Translations under genes and position numbers: made by a program
Notes under the pieces: model-generated
Told to the model about the DNA's origin: nothing
What the model saw: only the letters and a program-made list of their open reading frames with translations
The model's database searches: none
Shown here: positions 17,811-27,361 of the stretch, in pieces
Layout: each line of letters starts with the position of its first letter
How positions within the stretch are numbered: position 1 is the stretch's first letter
Assembly: GCA_012730045.1 (NCBI GenBank)
Contig: JAAYBR010000002.1
Coordinates: 28,911 to 92,910 of the forward strand
Source of the DNA: Candidatus Hydrogenedentota bacterium
Lineage (GTDB): Bacteria; Hydrogenedentota; Hydrogenedentia; Hydrogenedentales; CAITNO01
Direction: 5' to 3'
Length of the DNA stretch: 64,000 bases

Positions 17811-19121
17811 ATGCGCAGCGCGATATTTGTTGACTTCGACAATGTCTTCATCGGCCTGAACGCCCAGGACGAGGCGCTTGCGCGGTCTTTCGCGACGGCC
17901 CCGCTCAAGTGGCTGGAATGGTTTGAAAAATCACTGCCCCTCCACGAGGGCACGCCGGCCCTGGGCCAGCGGCGCATTCTGGTGCGCCGGTGCTACCTGA
18001 ACCCGAAGCAGTTCGGCGACTACCGCCCCTACTTCATCCGCGCCGGGTTTGAGACGGTGGACTGCCCCGTCCTCACGACGTACGGAAAGACCAGCGCGGA
18101 TGTCCACATGGTGCTGGACATTCTGGAACTGCTGAACTATGAGGTGCGGCCGGAGGAGGTCATCCTCCTGTCCGCAGACGCCGATTTCACGCCGGTTCTC
18201 CTGAAACTGCGCAAGTGGGACCTGCGCACCGTGGTGGTGGCCGTGGGCCCCTCGGCGGCGGCCTACCGCGCGGCGGCCGACATTGTCGTGGACCAGGACG
18301 TCTTTGTGGACCTGGCGCTCCAGGCGGTGGGGGAGCAGCGGCCCCGCCGCACCGCGCCCCCGCGCCCGAAGCCGCCCGCGCCGGAACCCCTGGGCGGGGA
18401 GACGGCCCCGCCGCCCGCCCGCAGGCCCGCCCCGCGTCCGGCGGCCCCCGCCGAGCCCGCCGCCAAACGGGAGAAGGACCCCTTCTCCGAGTACCTGCGG
18501 GTCCTCGTGGACGCGGCGTCGGAGCCCATCGCCATGGCGACGCTGGCCGCGTCCTTCCGGCATCAGTTCCCCGATCTGGGGGACACCTGGGGCGCCCACA
18601 GCACCTTCAAGCAGTTTCTCGCGGGACTGGACCTGACGGGCCTGGAAATCTCCAGCGCGTCCCCCGGGCACATCTATGACCCGGCGCGGCACGCGCCGCC
18701 CAAGGACGCCCTGCCCGAATACGAGGAGACGTTCCGGACGAAGCACCCCGACCTGGAGCCGCTGGCCCGAAAAATCAGCCAGCTCACGGACACCCCCTTC
18801 CTGATGCCGGAGGACTACGCCTTCGTCCTGCGCGCCATGGCGGAGGAGACGGGCCCCTCCTACGAGAGCCTGAGCGAGCTGGCCAAAAAGGTCCGGGACA
18901 AGTGCCGCGAGACGGGCATCCCCGTGGGGCGGCAGGCCGTGAACTTCATCGTGCGCGGCATCACCTTCGGCGGGCACCGCTTCGGCAAGACGCAGGACAC
19001 GGCGGCGAAACTCGCCGACCTCTTCATCCAGAACACCGCGACCCTCTGCAGCGGCGCGCAGTTCAACCTGAGCGACAAGGAGACGCGCCTGCTGAAGACC
19101 TGGATCAAGCAGTCCCTCTGA
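17811..19121 (+). CDS. NYN (LabA-like PIN-fold nuclease) domain protein with a Pro-rich linker and C-terminal OST-HTH/LOTUS-like region(s)
   Basis: N-terminus AIFVDFDNV… is typical NYN. The Pro/Ala-rich spacer is PRRTAPPRPKPPAPEP…, and the C-terminal segments resemble OST-HTH. Confidence 0.75.
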   Translation: MRSAIFVDFDNVFIGLNAQDEALARSFATAPLKWLEWFEKSLPLHEGTPALGQRRILVRRCYLNPKQFGDYRPYFIRAGFETVDCPVLTTYGKTSADVHMVLDILELLNYEVRPEEVILLSADADFTPVLLKLRKWDLRTVVVAVGPSAAAYRAAADIVVDQDVFVDLALQAVGEQRPRRTAPPRPKPPAPEPLGGETAPPPARRPAPRPAAPAEPAAKREKDPFSEYLRVLVDAASEPIAMATLAASFRHQFPDLGDTWGAHSTFKQFLAGLDLTGLEISSASPGHIYDPARHAPPKDALPEYEETFRTKHPDLEPLARKISQLTDTPFLMPEDYAFVLRAMAEETGPSYESLSELAKKVRDKCRETGIPVGRQAVNFIVRGITFGGHRFGKTQDTAAKLADLFIQNTATLCSGAQFNLSDKETRLLKTWIKQSL

Positions 19122-19130
19122 CCCGGCGGA

Positions 19131-19172
19131 GAAAAGAAAAACGCCGCGCGCGGCGTGAAACCGCGCGCGGCG
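19131..19172 (-). terminator. rho-independent terminator downstream of rplL; the palindrome may also terminate the convergent NYN gene
   Basis: 12-bp GC stem (CGCCGCGCGCGG…CCGCGCGCGGCG) followed on the minus strand by TTTTTCTTTT. Confidence 0.6.
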
Positions 19173-19193
19173 CAAGAGTCTGCGGGGCGGGGA

Positions 19194-19580
19194 TCAGACG
19201 TTGCCCTTGAGTTCGACGGTGGCGCCGGCCTCTTCGAGGGAGGTCTTGAACTTGTCGGCCTCTTCCTTCGTCAGGCCTTCCTTGATCGGCGTCGGGGCCT
19301 TCTCGACCAGGTCCTTGGCTTCCTTCAGACCGAAGCCGCCGAGGTCCTTCACGACCTTGATCACGCCGATCTTCTGGGCGCCGAAGTCCTTCAGGATCAC
19401 GTCGTAGGAGGAGGGCTCCTCGGGGGCCGCGGCGGCCTCGGCGGCCGGCATCGCGCCCATCATCATGGGGGCGGCGGCCGTCACGCCGAACTTGTCCTCA
19501 AGGGCCTTCACCAGCTCGCTCAGCTCAAGCACGGTCAGGTTGGCCACGCTCTCGATAATCGCATCAAGCTTCTCAGACAT
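19194..19580 (-). CDS. rplL: 50S ribosomal protein L7/L12
   Basis: [33 protein letters not shown]…ATVELK. Confidence 0.95.
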   Translation of the reverse strand: MSEKLDAIIESVANLTVLELSELVKALEDKFGVTAAAPMMMGAMPAAEAAAAPEEPSSYDVILKDFGAQKIGVIKVVKDLGGFGLKEAKDLVEKAPTPIKEGLTKEEADKFKTSLEEAGATVELKGNV

Positions 19581-19643
19581 GGGTCACTTTTCCTCTTGTA
19601 TGGCCGCCCGGGGCGGCCGTGTTGTTTTCTGTCATCCGCCGTC

Positions 19644-20165
19644 TTAGGCGGCCTGTTCCTTCTGTTGACGAATCTGGTCGAGCACGTTGACCAGGTTGCG
19701 CGGCAGTGCGGCAAGCACGCCGACGGTGTTGCGGAGCGGCATCGCCATGGTCCCGACGACCTGGGCAATGAGCTGCTCGCGCGGCGGAAGACCGGCAAGC
19801 GCCTCGAGCTGGGCCGCCGTGACCGGCTTCCCCTCAAGCACGCCTCCGACCATGGACACAAAGGAAACCTCCTTGCCGAACTCCTTGAGGATCTTCGCCG
19901 GGGCGACGGGGTCCTTGCTGAACGCCCACGCCGTCGGGCCCTCCATGAAGTCCGCGGCGGCCTCCATCCCCTGCGAGCGCAGGGCGCGGCGGGCCAGCGT
20001 GTTCTTGTAGACCTTGAACTCGATGCCGGCGGCCCGGAGGCGGTTCCGCAGCTCGGAAGCCTGCGCCACATTGATCCCCACATACTTCGCGGCGACCGCA
20101 ATCTGGCAGCCTTCCAAACGCTGGGTCATCTCGGCGACCGCGTCAATTTTCTGCTGTGTTGGCAA
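19644..20165 (-). CDS. rplJ: 50S ribosomal protein L10
   Basis: TTG start preceded by AAAGGAGGTG. Sequence …PTQQKIDAVAEMTQRLEG… is typical L10. The longer ORF (to 20336) is an upstream artefact. Confidence 0.9.
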   Translation of the reverse strand: MPTQQKIDAVAEMTQRLEGCQIAVAAKYVGINVAQASELRNRLRAAGIEFKVYKNTLARRALRSQGMEAAADFMEGPTAWAFSKDPVAPAKILKEFGKEVSFVSMVGGVLEGKPVTAAQLEALAGLPPREQLIAQVVGTMAMPLRNTVGVLAALPRNLVNVLDQIRQQKEQAA

Positions 20166-20340
20166 AACGCATTCACCTCCTTTCAAGAGAACCGCGCTTT
20201 CGCGCGCGCGGCGCGGCAACGGCCGCGCCAGGTAAAAAAATCCCCGCGCCGTGGGTGACAGCGCGGGGACTTGGCATTCCAAACCTGCCGGGGCGTTTCC
20301 GCCCCGCCATGCCCTGCGGCATGGACTAGTCCGCATCTCG
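20166..20340 (-). promoter_or_regulatory. putative structured 5' leader of rplJL (L10-leader-like autoregulatory region)
   Basis: Several stable stem-loops sit immediately upstream of rplJ. The assignment is by position only. Confidence 0.3.
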
Positions 20341-20548
20341 GCTGGGTATTAAGGCCCTGCGGCCACCGGCTGTCTGCGACACGCGTCCCGCAAAACTTCG
20401 CGGGGACAGGGCTAAGAATACCAAAAACACGCCGTCCGATGCAAGACACGGACGGATGACAAACGACGCACCGCCCCTGATCCACGGACAAGACATCGTG
20501 AAAACCGGCGCCGAGGCGGGAACGAGGTTGCTTCAGGCGCTGCGCGCC

Positions 20549-20608
20549 TTCGCAATGACGCGTATTTCCGCAGTCATTGCGAGCGAAGCGCGGCAATCTC
20601 GTTCCCGC
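20549..20608. repeat. short palindromic dispersed repeat, family 2 (tcgcaatgac…gtcattgcgagcgaagcg…caatctcg), single copy
   Basis: Shares about 40 of 55 positions with the tandem copies at 62104..62244 and has an internal inverted repeat. Confidence 0.4.
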
Positions 20609-20697
20609 CAACGCCTCGACCTACGCTACGGGCCGCCACGAAAACCCTTCGTCGGAAAGCCCCGGGTCCGTCCGTGTCCGTCCGTGCGGTTTCCGGA

Positions 20698-21822
20698 CTA
20701 CCGCCAGCCCTTGTCCCGCTCAATCCTTCGGATCTCCTTCGCGATCCCCCGCCAACGGGTCTTCTCGATCTGGCGGGCGCTCTGTTCCTGGCGCAGCTCC
20801 TGGTACCGGATCTCCCGCCGCAGTTTTTCGTAGCTGCGGAAGCGGCCCCCATCCAGCGTGCCGCCCTCGAGCGCGGCGCGCACCGCGCACCCGGGCTCGT
20901 TCTCATGCGTGCAGTCGGCAAACCGGCACTGCGCCGCCAGGGCCTCCACGTCGGCGAAGGCCGTCTCCAGCCCGTCGTCGTCCGACCAGATCTGCAGCTC
21001 GCGCATGCCGGGCGTGTCCATGATCAGGCCGCCCCCGGGCAGCGGGATCAGCTCCCGCTGCGTCGTTGTGTGGCGGCCCCGGCTGTCGTCAGCGCGCACG
21101 GCCCGCACGGCCTGGCGCTCCCGGCCGAGCAGGGCGTTCACCAGCGACGACTTCCCGACACCCGACGACCCGAGAAGGGCCCCCGTGGCGCCCGGCGGCA
21201 GCAGCGCGCGCAGCGCGTCCACACCGCGTCCCGTCGCCGCGCTCAGCACGGCCACCGGCGCGCCGGGGGCCGCGGCCTCGGCCTCGGCCACGCGGGCGTC
21301 CACCTCCCCGCAGAGGTCCGCCTTGTTCAGCACGACCACCGGCCGCGCGCCGCTGTCCCACGCCACCGTCAGGTAGCGCTCCAGACGGCGGAGGTTGAAG
21401 TCGCCGTCCAGGCTCGTCACCAGAAACACGACATCCACGTTGGCCGCGACCACCTGCTCCTCCGTGCGGTCACCCGCCGCGGTGCGCGAAAAGCGGCTCC
21501 GCCTCGGAAGCACCGCGTGCACCGTCGCCGCGTCCTCCTCCTCGCGCGGCGACACCGCCACCCAGTCGCCCACGGCGGGCCACTCCGCCCGCGCCGGGTG
21601 CTCATGGCGGAACCGGCCGGAAAGCTCCGCCCAGAGGTCGCCCGACGCCCCGGCCGCCACATACGCCTCGCGGTGCTCGCACACCACCCGCGCGGGTTCC
21701 CACCCGCGCCCCAGATACGGTTCCATCTGCCCGGCCCACCGGGCGTCCCAGCCAAGGGCCGCCAGCGCCGGACACACGGGGACGGAATCGTCCCCGAAAG
21801 GCTCATCATGAGGGATGCTCAT
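20698..21822 (-). CDS. rsgA: ribosome small-subunit-dependent GTPase A
   Basis: Circularly permuted GTPase motifs (…VLNKADL… then …GSSGVGKSSLVNAL…DTPG…) and a C-terminal zinc-finger with Cys residues. Starts at MSIPHDE. Confidence 0.85.
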   Translation of the reverse strand: MSIPHDEPFGDDSVPVCPALAALGWDARWAGQMEPYLGRGWEPARVVCEHREAYVAAGASGDLWAELSGRFRHEHPARAEWPAVGDWVAVSPREEEDAATVHAVLPRRSRFSRTAAGDRTEEQVVAANVDVVFLVTSLDGDFNLRRLERYLTVAWDSGARPVVVLNKADLCGEVDARVAEAEAAAPGAPVAVLSAATGRGVDALRALLPPGATGALLGSSGVGKSSLVNALLGRERQAVRAVRADDSRGRHTTTQRELIPLPGGGLIMDTPGMRELQIWSDDDGLETAFADVEALAAQCRFADCTHENEPGCAVRAALEGGTLDGGRFRSYEKLRREIRYQELRQEQSARQIEKTRWRGIAKEIRRIERDKGWR

Positions 21823-22113
21823 TGCTGTTCTCCGTTGAAAAGGCACACTTCTCTCATCAGGGAAAGAACGGAAAACGTGCGACGGCGCGGGCTGAAGACA
21901 CACAGCCACCCCGGACGGGCGGCGAAAAGGCGGGAAAGGAAACTACCCCAGCCCTCAGCGGCCGGACCGGAAGCGCGGCATCGCACACTGCACGGCAATA
22001 TCCATAACGCCTCCATGGTTGGTTGGGCCCTCCAACAAGGGCGACCCCGGTTCATTCAACGGGGGATATTGTAGTGCATGCGGGGGCGCGGTGCAAACTG
22101 TAAGCGCAAGAAG

Positions 22114-22322
22114 GAAGAGGGCGCGGCAAGCGGCGCCCCTACATGCCCGTACCCTGGGCATGCGCGAAACACCGGGTCATCCTCCCGCAGGGGCGCTGCT
22201 TGCCGTGCCCTGTGCGCATGCCAAATACCCGGTCGCTCGCCCGTAGGGGCGCTGCTTGCCGCGCCCTGTGTGCATGACAAATACCCGGTCACTCGCCCGT
22301 AGGGGCGCTGCTTGCCGCGCCC
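22114..22322. repeat. REP/MITE-like palindromic element, family 1: one full copy plus two tandem 62-bp partial units
   Basis: Core AGAGGGCGCGGCAAGC(A/G)GCGCCCCTAC and its inverted partner flank a roughly 50-bp centre. The same element occurs at 27854..27952 and, inverted, at 63217..63318. Confidence 0.6.
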
Positions 22323-22440
22323 GGGCGCGGGCACGATAGCCGTCGCTTGTCCGGTGACTGGGGCGCCACGGTCCCACACGCCGCCCACGCCGCCGGTCTG
22401 GTAAAATGGCCCCCGCACAACGGCAGAAAGACGCCCCCGC

Positions 22441-23379
22441 ATGATCCTCACAGTCACCCCGAACCCCTGCGTGGACAAGACGGTCTTCATCGCGCGCCTG
22501 GAGCCCGGCGGGCGTTTCCGCAGCCCGAAATGCACCCACATCCCCGGCGGCAAGGGCACCAACGTGTCGCGTGCCGTGAAGGCCCTCGGCGGCGACACGG
22601 CGGCCCTGGTCATCGTGGGCGGGCACACGGGCCGCCACGTGGTGGACATGATCGAACAGCAGGACGGGGTGCGCTGCGTGCCCGTGTGGGTAGCCGGCAT
22701 GACCCGCGTCATCACCACGGTGCTGGAGACGGACGTCCACCGCCAGACCGCCCTCTTCGACCCCGGCTCCCCCGTGACCGCCGCAGAGGGGGACGCCGTG
22801 GCGGCCGCCTTCGGCCGCGAGGTGCGCGGCGCCGCCGTCGCCACGTTCAACGGCTCCGTGCCCGACCCCGCCCTCGTGGACCTCTATGTCCGGTGCATCC
22901 CCCTCGCGCGGGAGGCCGGCGCCTTCACCATCCTCGACTCCTACGGCGAGGAGTTCCGCCGCGGCATCGCCGCCGGGCCGGACATGGTCAAGCCGAACCG
23001 CGAGGAGGCGGAGCGCCTGCTCGGGCGGAAACTGGAGACCCGCGCCGACTGCTGGGCCGCCGTGGACGCCTTCCACGCCATGGGCGTGCCGCTCGTCGTC
23101 CTGTCCCTGGGCGCTGAAGGCGCGCTCGTCTCCCGGAAAGGCGGCACCCGCCTCGAAGTGACCCCGCCCCCCATCGAGGAGGTCAACCCCGTCGGCTCCG
23201 GCGACGCGCTCGTCGCCGGGTTCGCCGTCGGCATCGAGCGCGGTCTCCCCCTCGACGAAACCGCCCGCCTCGCCGTCGCCTGCGGCACCGCCAACGCCCT
23301 CTCCTGGGACATCGGCCACTTCACCGCCAAAGAGGTGGAGGAGCTCGCCGCCCGCGTGCGGGTGGCGGCGATAGTCTAA
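22441..23379 (+). CDS. PfkB-family sugar kinase (1-phosphofructokinase / tagatose-6-phosphate kinase-like)
   Basis: N-terminal …LTVTPNP(C/S)VDKT… and C-terminal …NPVGSGDALVAGF… motifs typical of FruK/LacC. Confidence 0.8.
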   Translation: MILTVTPNPCVDKTVFIARLEPGGRFRSPKCTHIPGGKGTNVSRAVKALGGDTAALVIVGGHTGRHVVDMIEQQDGVRCVPVWVAGMTRVITTVLETDVHRQTALFDPGSPVTAAEGDAVAAAFGREVRGAAVATFNGSVPDPALVDLYVRCIPLAREAGAFTILDSYGEEFRRGIAAGPDMVKPNREEAERLLGRKLETRADCWAAVDAFHAMGVPLVVLSLGAEGALVSRKGGTRLEVTPPPIEEVNPVGSGDALVAGFAVGIERGLPLDETARLAVACGTANALSWDIGHFTAKEVEELAARVRVAAIV

Positions 23380-23689
23380 GCCTCTTGGACGCAACACAGA
23401 GGTTGGTATAGACAGACCGCAACACTCTCATCACTGAACCGACTACAGGCCCATCGAATCCACAAGACGCCGTCTGTCCACAGGAACCCTTTTCCACCTC
23501 GAATCGCACGCTAGTGAGCGTTTCTTCGTGCTCGTAATCAGGCAAGGCCCACCAGGCAAGAGAGTACCCTGGACTTGTGTACGGTGTGCTCCTGATCGAC
23601 AGAGACCCACGCCCCGCGCGGGCATCTGACTACCTGCTTGCGCGCTATCGCTAGCCCTGCGTAAGGCCTGTATACAAGATGCGGTCCGG

Positions 23690-24523
23690 CTAGTTAATCC
23701 GGCTCATCAGCAGCAAAGCCACACGGGTGGCAACCTCAGTTGCTGAACCAAGCTTAACCTCCTCGGTGGTCGCCGAAGCCATGACCCGCCCATCGGAAAG
23801 GGAAATGGCCTTGGCAATGATCACGGGCACTTCAACCGCATAGTCTCCGGAGACTTTCCGCACCATGCTTTGGCCCTTCTTCACCCGGGCACTAACCACA
23901 ATGTCCGCATGTTCTTTTACAGACGCCACCTGCGCCTGTTGCGCCTGTGGCAGCTCCGGATTAGCGAAAACAGCGTCCACATCGATACCTGACAGGCCGA
24001 TCGCCACGCTCCGGTCAACCAGCACCGCGCCGCCATCCATGAAGGGGCGCTCCAGACTGTGCTGAATAGATTCAAGCTCGTCTTCCGTGAAGTCGTTTGC
24101 GCCGGGTCCCTTGGGAACATAGACTTCCTCCACCGACTCGCCACGGGCCTTAAAGGTTCCTTCTTGGCTTGACTCCGCAGTGACCGATGCCGCTCCCGTC
24201 ACCTTCAGCACCTTCTGCATCGTCCGATCATCGTTATCCTGCATGTCACGGTTCACCAAGACTATGACTCGTGGGGCTTTTTTCCCTGAAAATGCCGTCC
24301 TGAATGCCTCTATTCCGTCCCTCGCCTCTTCCGACATGGTCGGGGTTCGCCTGTCAATTTGCTGCGCAAGTGGGGGGCGGTCAGGTGAAGGCACCACATG
24401 CGGCCTCTGGGGTAGTTCTGCTGAAGGAGCAACCACCGTGTTGGAAGACTGCGTCATGGCCACGCCCTGGAAGGCGCAAACCGACACGACCATGAAAGCC
24501 AGCATCCTTATATGTACCACCAT
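23690..24523 (-). CDS. hypothetical secreted/lipoprotein (277 aa), last gene of the low-GC lipoprotein operon
   Basis: Signal peptide, AGGAGG SD, about 52-55% GC. No family is confidently recognised. Confidence 0.55.
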   Translation of the reverse strand: MVVHIRMLAFMVVSVCAFQGVAMTQSSNTVVAPSAELPQRPHVVPSPDRPPLAQQIDRRTPTMSEEARDGIEAFRTAFSGKKAPRVIVLVNRDMQDNDDRTMQKVLKVTGAASVTAESSQEGTFKARGESVEEVYVPKGPGANDFTEDELESIQHSLERPFMDGGAVLVDRSVAIGLSGIDVDAVFANPELPQAQQAQVASVKEHADIVVSARVKKGQSMVRKVSGDYAVEVPVIIAKAISLSDGRVMASATTEEVKLGSATEVATRVALLLMSRIN

Positions 24524-24534
24524 GACCGAACCTC

Positions 24535-24957
24535 CTATCGCTCCATTCTGATGCGAATGGAGTATTGTTGTGATCTTTCGTTCAGAGCGACCGCCTTGTA
24601 AGTGGACTGGCCGTTAGGCGGGAGAATGAGTGTCACCCAGGCCGTCTCATCACCAGAAGAAAATCCAGCATCGTCCTTGAAGACTGTCTGCGCTTGGACG
24701 TTCACCGCATTGTCGGAATTGTTTCTGAGAATTGCCTCGGCGATAATCCGACCTTCAGTAGTGTAGCTGGCACGTTGGGCGTCTACGCTGATGAGTTTCT
24801 GCAGGGGCTTGTCAAGCAGAACCAGAGACTCTGTTCCTTCTAGGCTTGTCCCACGTTTAAGGGGTGCGTAGGGACCTTGCGTTTGACATCCCACTCCAAC
24901 CAGCAGGAATGCAATTAGAATGAGAGTCATCACCGCATATTGAACGTTAGTTTTCAT
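24535..24957 (-). CDS. small lipoprotein, YcfL/DUF1425-like
   Basis: Signal plus lipobox-like LLVGVGC; AAGGAG SD; size and pattern resemble E. coli YcfL. Confidence 0.55.
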   Translation of the reverse strand: MKTNVQYAVMTLILIAFLLVGVGCQTQGPYAPLKRGTSLEGTESLVLLDKPLQKLISVDAQRASYTTEGRIIAEAILRNNSDNAVNVQAQTVFKDDAGFSSGDETAWVTLILPPNGQSTYKAVALNERSQQYSIRIRMER

Positions 24958-24986
24958 AGTAATTCTCCTTGATGTGTTCACGTTGT

Positions 24987-26729
24987 TCATGTTTTTTCTC
25001 GCGACTTTTTGGAAGACGACTTCGGAGTGCTCTCGTCGTTCTTCCCAACAGATTTAGATATCTTGTACTTTCCGATTTCGGACATTCCTGATGCACTTAC
25101 AAAGTATGCTGTCCCCGTGGAGGCTGTGGAACTCTTCGATGTCTTTCCTGTCAACAGCAGATGCATGGACTTGTCAGGGGTGCAGTGATATTCAATTCGC
25201 ATGGCTTTTTTATCAATTGCACCCGAACAGGGAAACACTCCTTCAGGCCACCCCCCACCTGTTGTCTTGACGTAACCAGCGAAGGTCTCGTCCTGCCTAG
25301 AAATGACTGCCAGTTCAATGTTAACCTGCTCTTTCTTCTTTCCCCAACCGCCTGTCCATCTTTCAGACGCGTTACCAATCAGAGATGCGCCCTCTTCGGT
25401 GTATTTGGCGAAGCGCACATTGTTGACCTGGACGCCAAAACTTGGATCCCATGCAGTTAAGACATCAAATGGCTGGTCGCTTCGTGTAATCTGACCATCA
25501 GTGACCGTCCCCGTTTCCGTGCATTTTATCTGTATAGTGTGGGTGCCTGGGGAGAGGTTCAGTGGTATGATGTAGATATCATCTGGAACAGACAACATTC
25601 GAATATCGGCCGCAGGATTGGCTGCGGCGGATATTCCCTTGGAAATCAGACCTAGCACCATTAACCCCGCTCCCACCCCCGGCGCTGAGTCGCTGTCCCC
25701 AACGCCGGCGGCCAAAGCCCCGGAAACGATAGCAAGGTCGCCCGCCACGCTGGCCCCCTTCTTGAACTGGGCCTTTCCCTTGAGAATGGCATCAACAGCC
25801 CTCCCCCCCCGCGTCATGGCCTGAAAAGACATGTTGTCCAGCGGACCGTCCATGGTTGCAACGGAAGTTCCATTAATCAGGACATCGAGTGGACCAGACG
25901 CGCCACTTCCCGAATTGAAACGCAGAAACTGGGCATATTCTCCTGTCGCGTATTTTTTTGGACCGACACCAAGACCAATAACCAAAAGGGAATTAACGCC
26001 ATCAGGAATCGGCAACACGGCGTTTTCACTTCTCGCATGCTCCCGAGACACTTTTAGGCACTCATCGGAACGGTCCTGCAAGCCGAGCATCGTGTTGCAT
26101 ACCGCCTCGCAATAGTCCATCTCAGCAAGATCATCGTGATACTCCTCATCCTTTTTGGCATCTTCAGAGGAGCGATCAACAAGAGCACCCGACCTAAACA
26201 TAGCGCGGGCATTCTCATAATCACCTGCGCACATGTATAGAAGCCCTCGCTGGAGGTAGATCATGGCCTGCTCATATGGTTCACCGCGGAAGTTCTTCTC
26301 ATCCTCGCCTTTGAAAGTGGAGCGGGCTTTCTTGGCACTTTCATCGCCAGCACTGGAGCCCCCTATTCGTGTCAGAATCAGATCAAGAACGCGAGTCGCC
26401 TCTTCCATGTTTTTCGCGGCGAGTTGCTGATGGTAGATATGCCAGAGAACTAGCACAGCGCCGCGGTTTCCGACTTCCTCAAGAGATTTATATTCCGCTT
26501 GGAGTTCTGGCGGCATCTCCGAAAGATTAGGCGGCATGCAGTCCTGCACTTGCTCTATAGCTGCCTTTTGCTCGTCTTTCTTCTTTTGCTTATTTCTTTT
26601 CATATAGTCGTCCGCAGAATCGGCAATTGCTGAAACCGAAAAAAGAGCGATCGAAATAATGAAAAACAGTATTGACTTCAATGCTGAAGTGGAACCCATT
26701 TCTAATCTCCTTTTTGTGATGAATCGCAC
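24987..26729 (-). CDS. hypothetical secreted protein (about 570-580 aa) with signal peptide, Lys/Glu-rich N-terminal segment and Ser/Lys-rich C-terminus
   Basis: Signal …ILFFIISIALFSVSA; low GC; stop overlaps the next gene. No family recognised. Confidence 0.6.
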   Translation of the reverse strand: MRFITKRRLEMGSTSALKSILFFIISIALFSVSAIADSADDYMKRNKQKKKDEQKAAIEQVQDCMPPNLSEMPPELQAEYKSLEEVGNRGAVLVLWHIYHQQLAAKNMEEATRVLDLILTRIGGSSAGDESAKKARSTFKGEDEKNFRGEPYEQAMIYLQRGLLYMCAGDYENARAMFRSGALVDRSSEDAKKDEEYHDDLAEMDYCEAVCNTMLGLQDRSDECLKVSREHARSENAVLPIPDGVNSLLVIGLGVGPKKYATGEYAQFLRFNSGSGASGPLDVLINGTSVATMDGPLDNMSFQAMTRGGRAVDAILKGKAQFKKGASVAGDLAIVSGALAAGVGDSDSAPGVGAGLMVLGLISKGISAAANPAADIRMLSVPDDIYIIPLNLSPGTHTIQIKCTETGTVTDGQITRSDQPFDVLTAWDPSFGVQVNNVRFAKYTEEGASLIGNASERWTGGWGKKKEQVNIELAVISRQDETFAGYVKTTGGGWPEGVFPCSGAIDKKAMRIEYHCTPDKSMHLLLTGKTSKSSTASTGTAYFVSASGMSEIGKYKISKSVGKNDESTPKSSSKKSREKT

Positions 26730-26749
26730 AAATATTTATGAGGGGGCCG

Positions 26750-27361
26750 TTACCTATAGGCTGCGTCCTCAACACCTTCCTTTTTTATTTCAGAGAACTC
26801 TTCCCACTCCTCTATCCCCGTTTCCGCATTAATCAGCCTAAATGTATAGAGAATGTAGTCAGATTGACCTGTGGAAGAAGCTTGCGAAAGCCCCGTAAGC
26901 TCTCCCGTAAGAAAGTAATCGACTCCCGCCATAATACCTTCACCCGAAGACCCGACCATGCCCTCGCGCTTCATCTCTCGCTCTCTCTCCACCGCCTCTA
27001 TCCGGTCACGTGCGACAAACTGAACCGCCCCCCTGCATTGGGTGTTAAGTAAGGCTTTTATACGTTTATTGAATATGTCCTTGTTGATTGGAAATCGCGT
27101 GTCGTTCACCACCGGAAGCAATCCTATAACCGGAGGAGTTTGGGCGTTGGCAATCGCGGGGGTTGAAAGAACAGACCTAGCCATCTTGTCGCTCACTTCC
27201 TGAAGATCCTGTGATCCCACCCCAGTGCCCTCACCCTTACTCGGCTGGCTCGGATCAACCCTGCGCGGACCTATGCCTCCGGGGTTGTCGACCCCTGATG
27301 TGGCGCAACCGCATATCATCGCAACAACCAGACACAACGCCAACGCGACCAAATTTCTCAT
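26750..27361 (-). CDS. LpoB-like lipoprotein (COG3417; PBP1B activator family)
   Basis: Signal and lipobox; collinear motif pattern with E. coli LpoB (…LLPVVNDTR… / …VDYFLTGEL… / …YILYTFRLINAETGIEEWE…). Confidence 0.6.
   Translation of the reverse strand: MRNLVALALCLVVAMICGCATSGVDNPGGIGPRRVDPSQPSKGEGTGVGSQDLQEVSDKMARSVLSTPAIANAQTPPVIGLLPVVNDTRFPINKDIFNKRIKALLNTQCRGAVQFVARDRIEAVEREREMKREGMVGSSGEGIMAGVDYFLTGELTGLSQASSTGQSDYILYTFRLINAETGIEEWEEFSEIKKEGVEDAAYR

Noticed and set aside
15860-17833. 657-aa plus-strand ORF
   Set aside because: Antisense to aspS. No motifs.
20166-20336. Upstream extension of the rplJ ORF (start at 20336)
   Set aside because: A TTG start with a perfect SD at 20165 gives a canonical L10 N-terminus. 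The extension has no similarity to any known sequence and overlaps the likely leader.
23380-23690. Possible tRNA or small RNA in the 310-bp gap at the island's left edge
   Set aside because: No cloverleaf-compatible arms or conserved T-loop (GTTCRANYC) could be found by eye.
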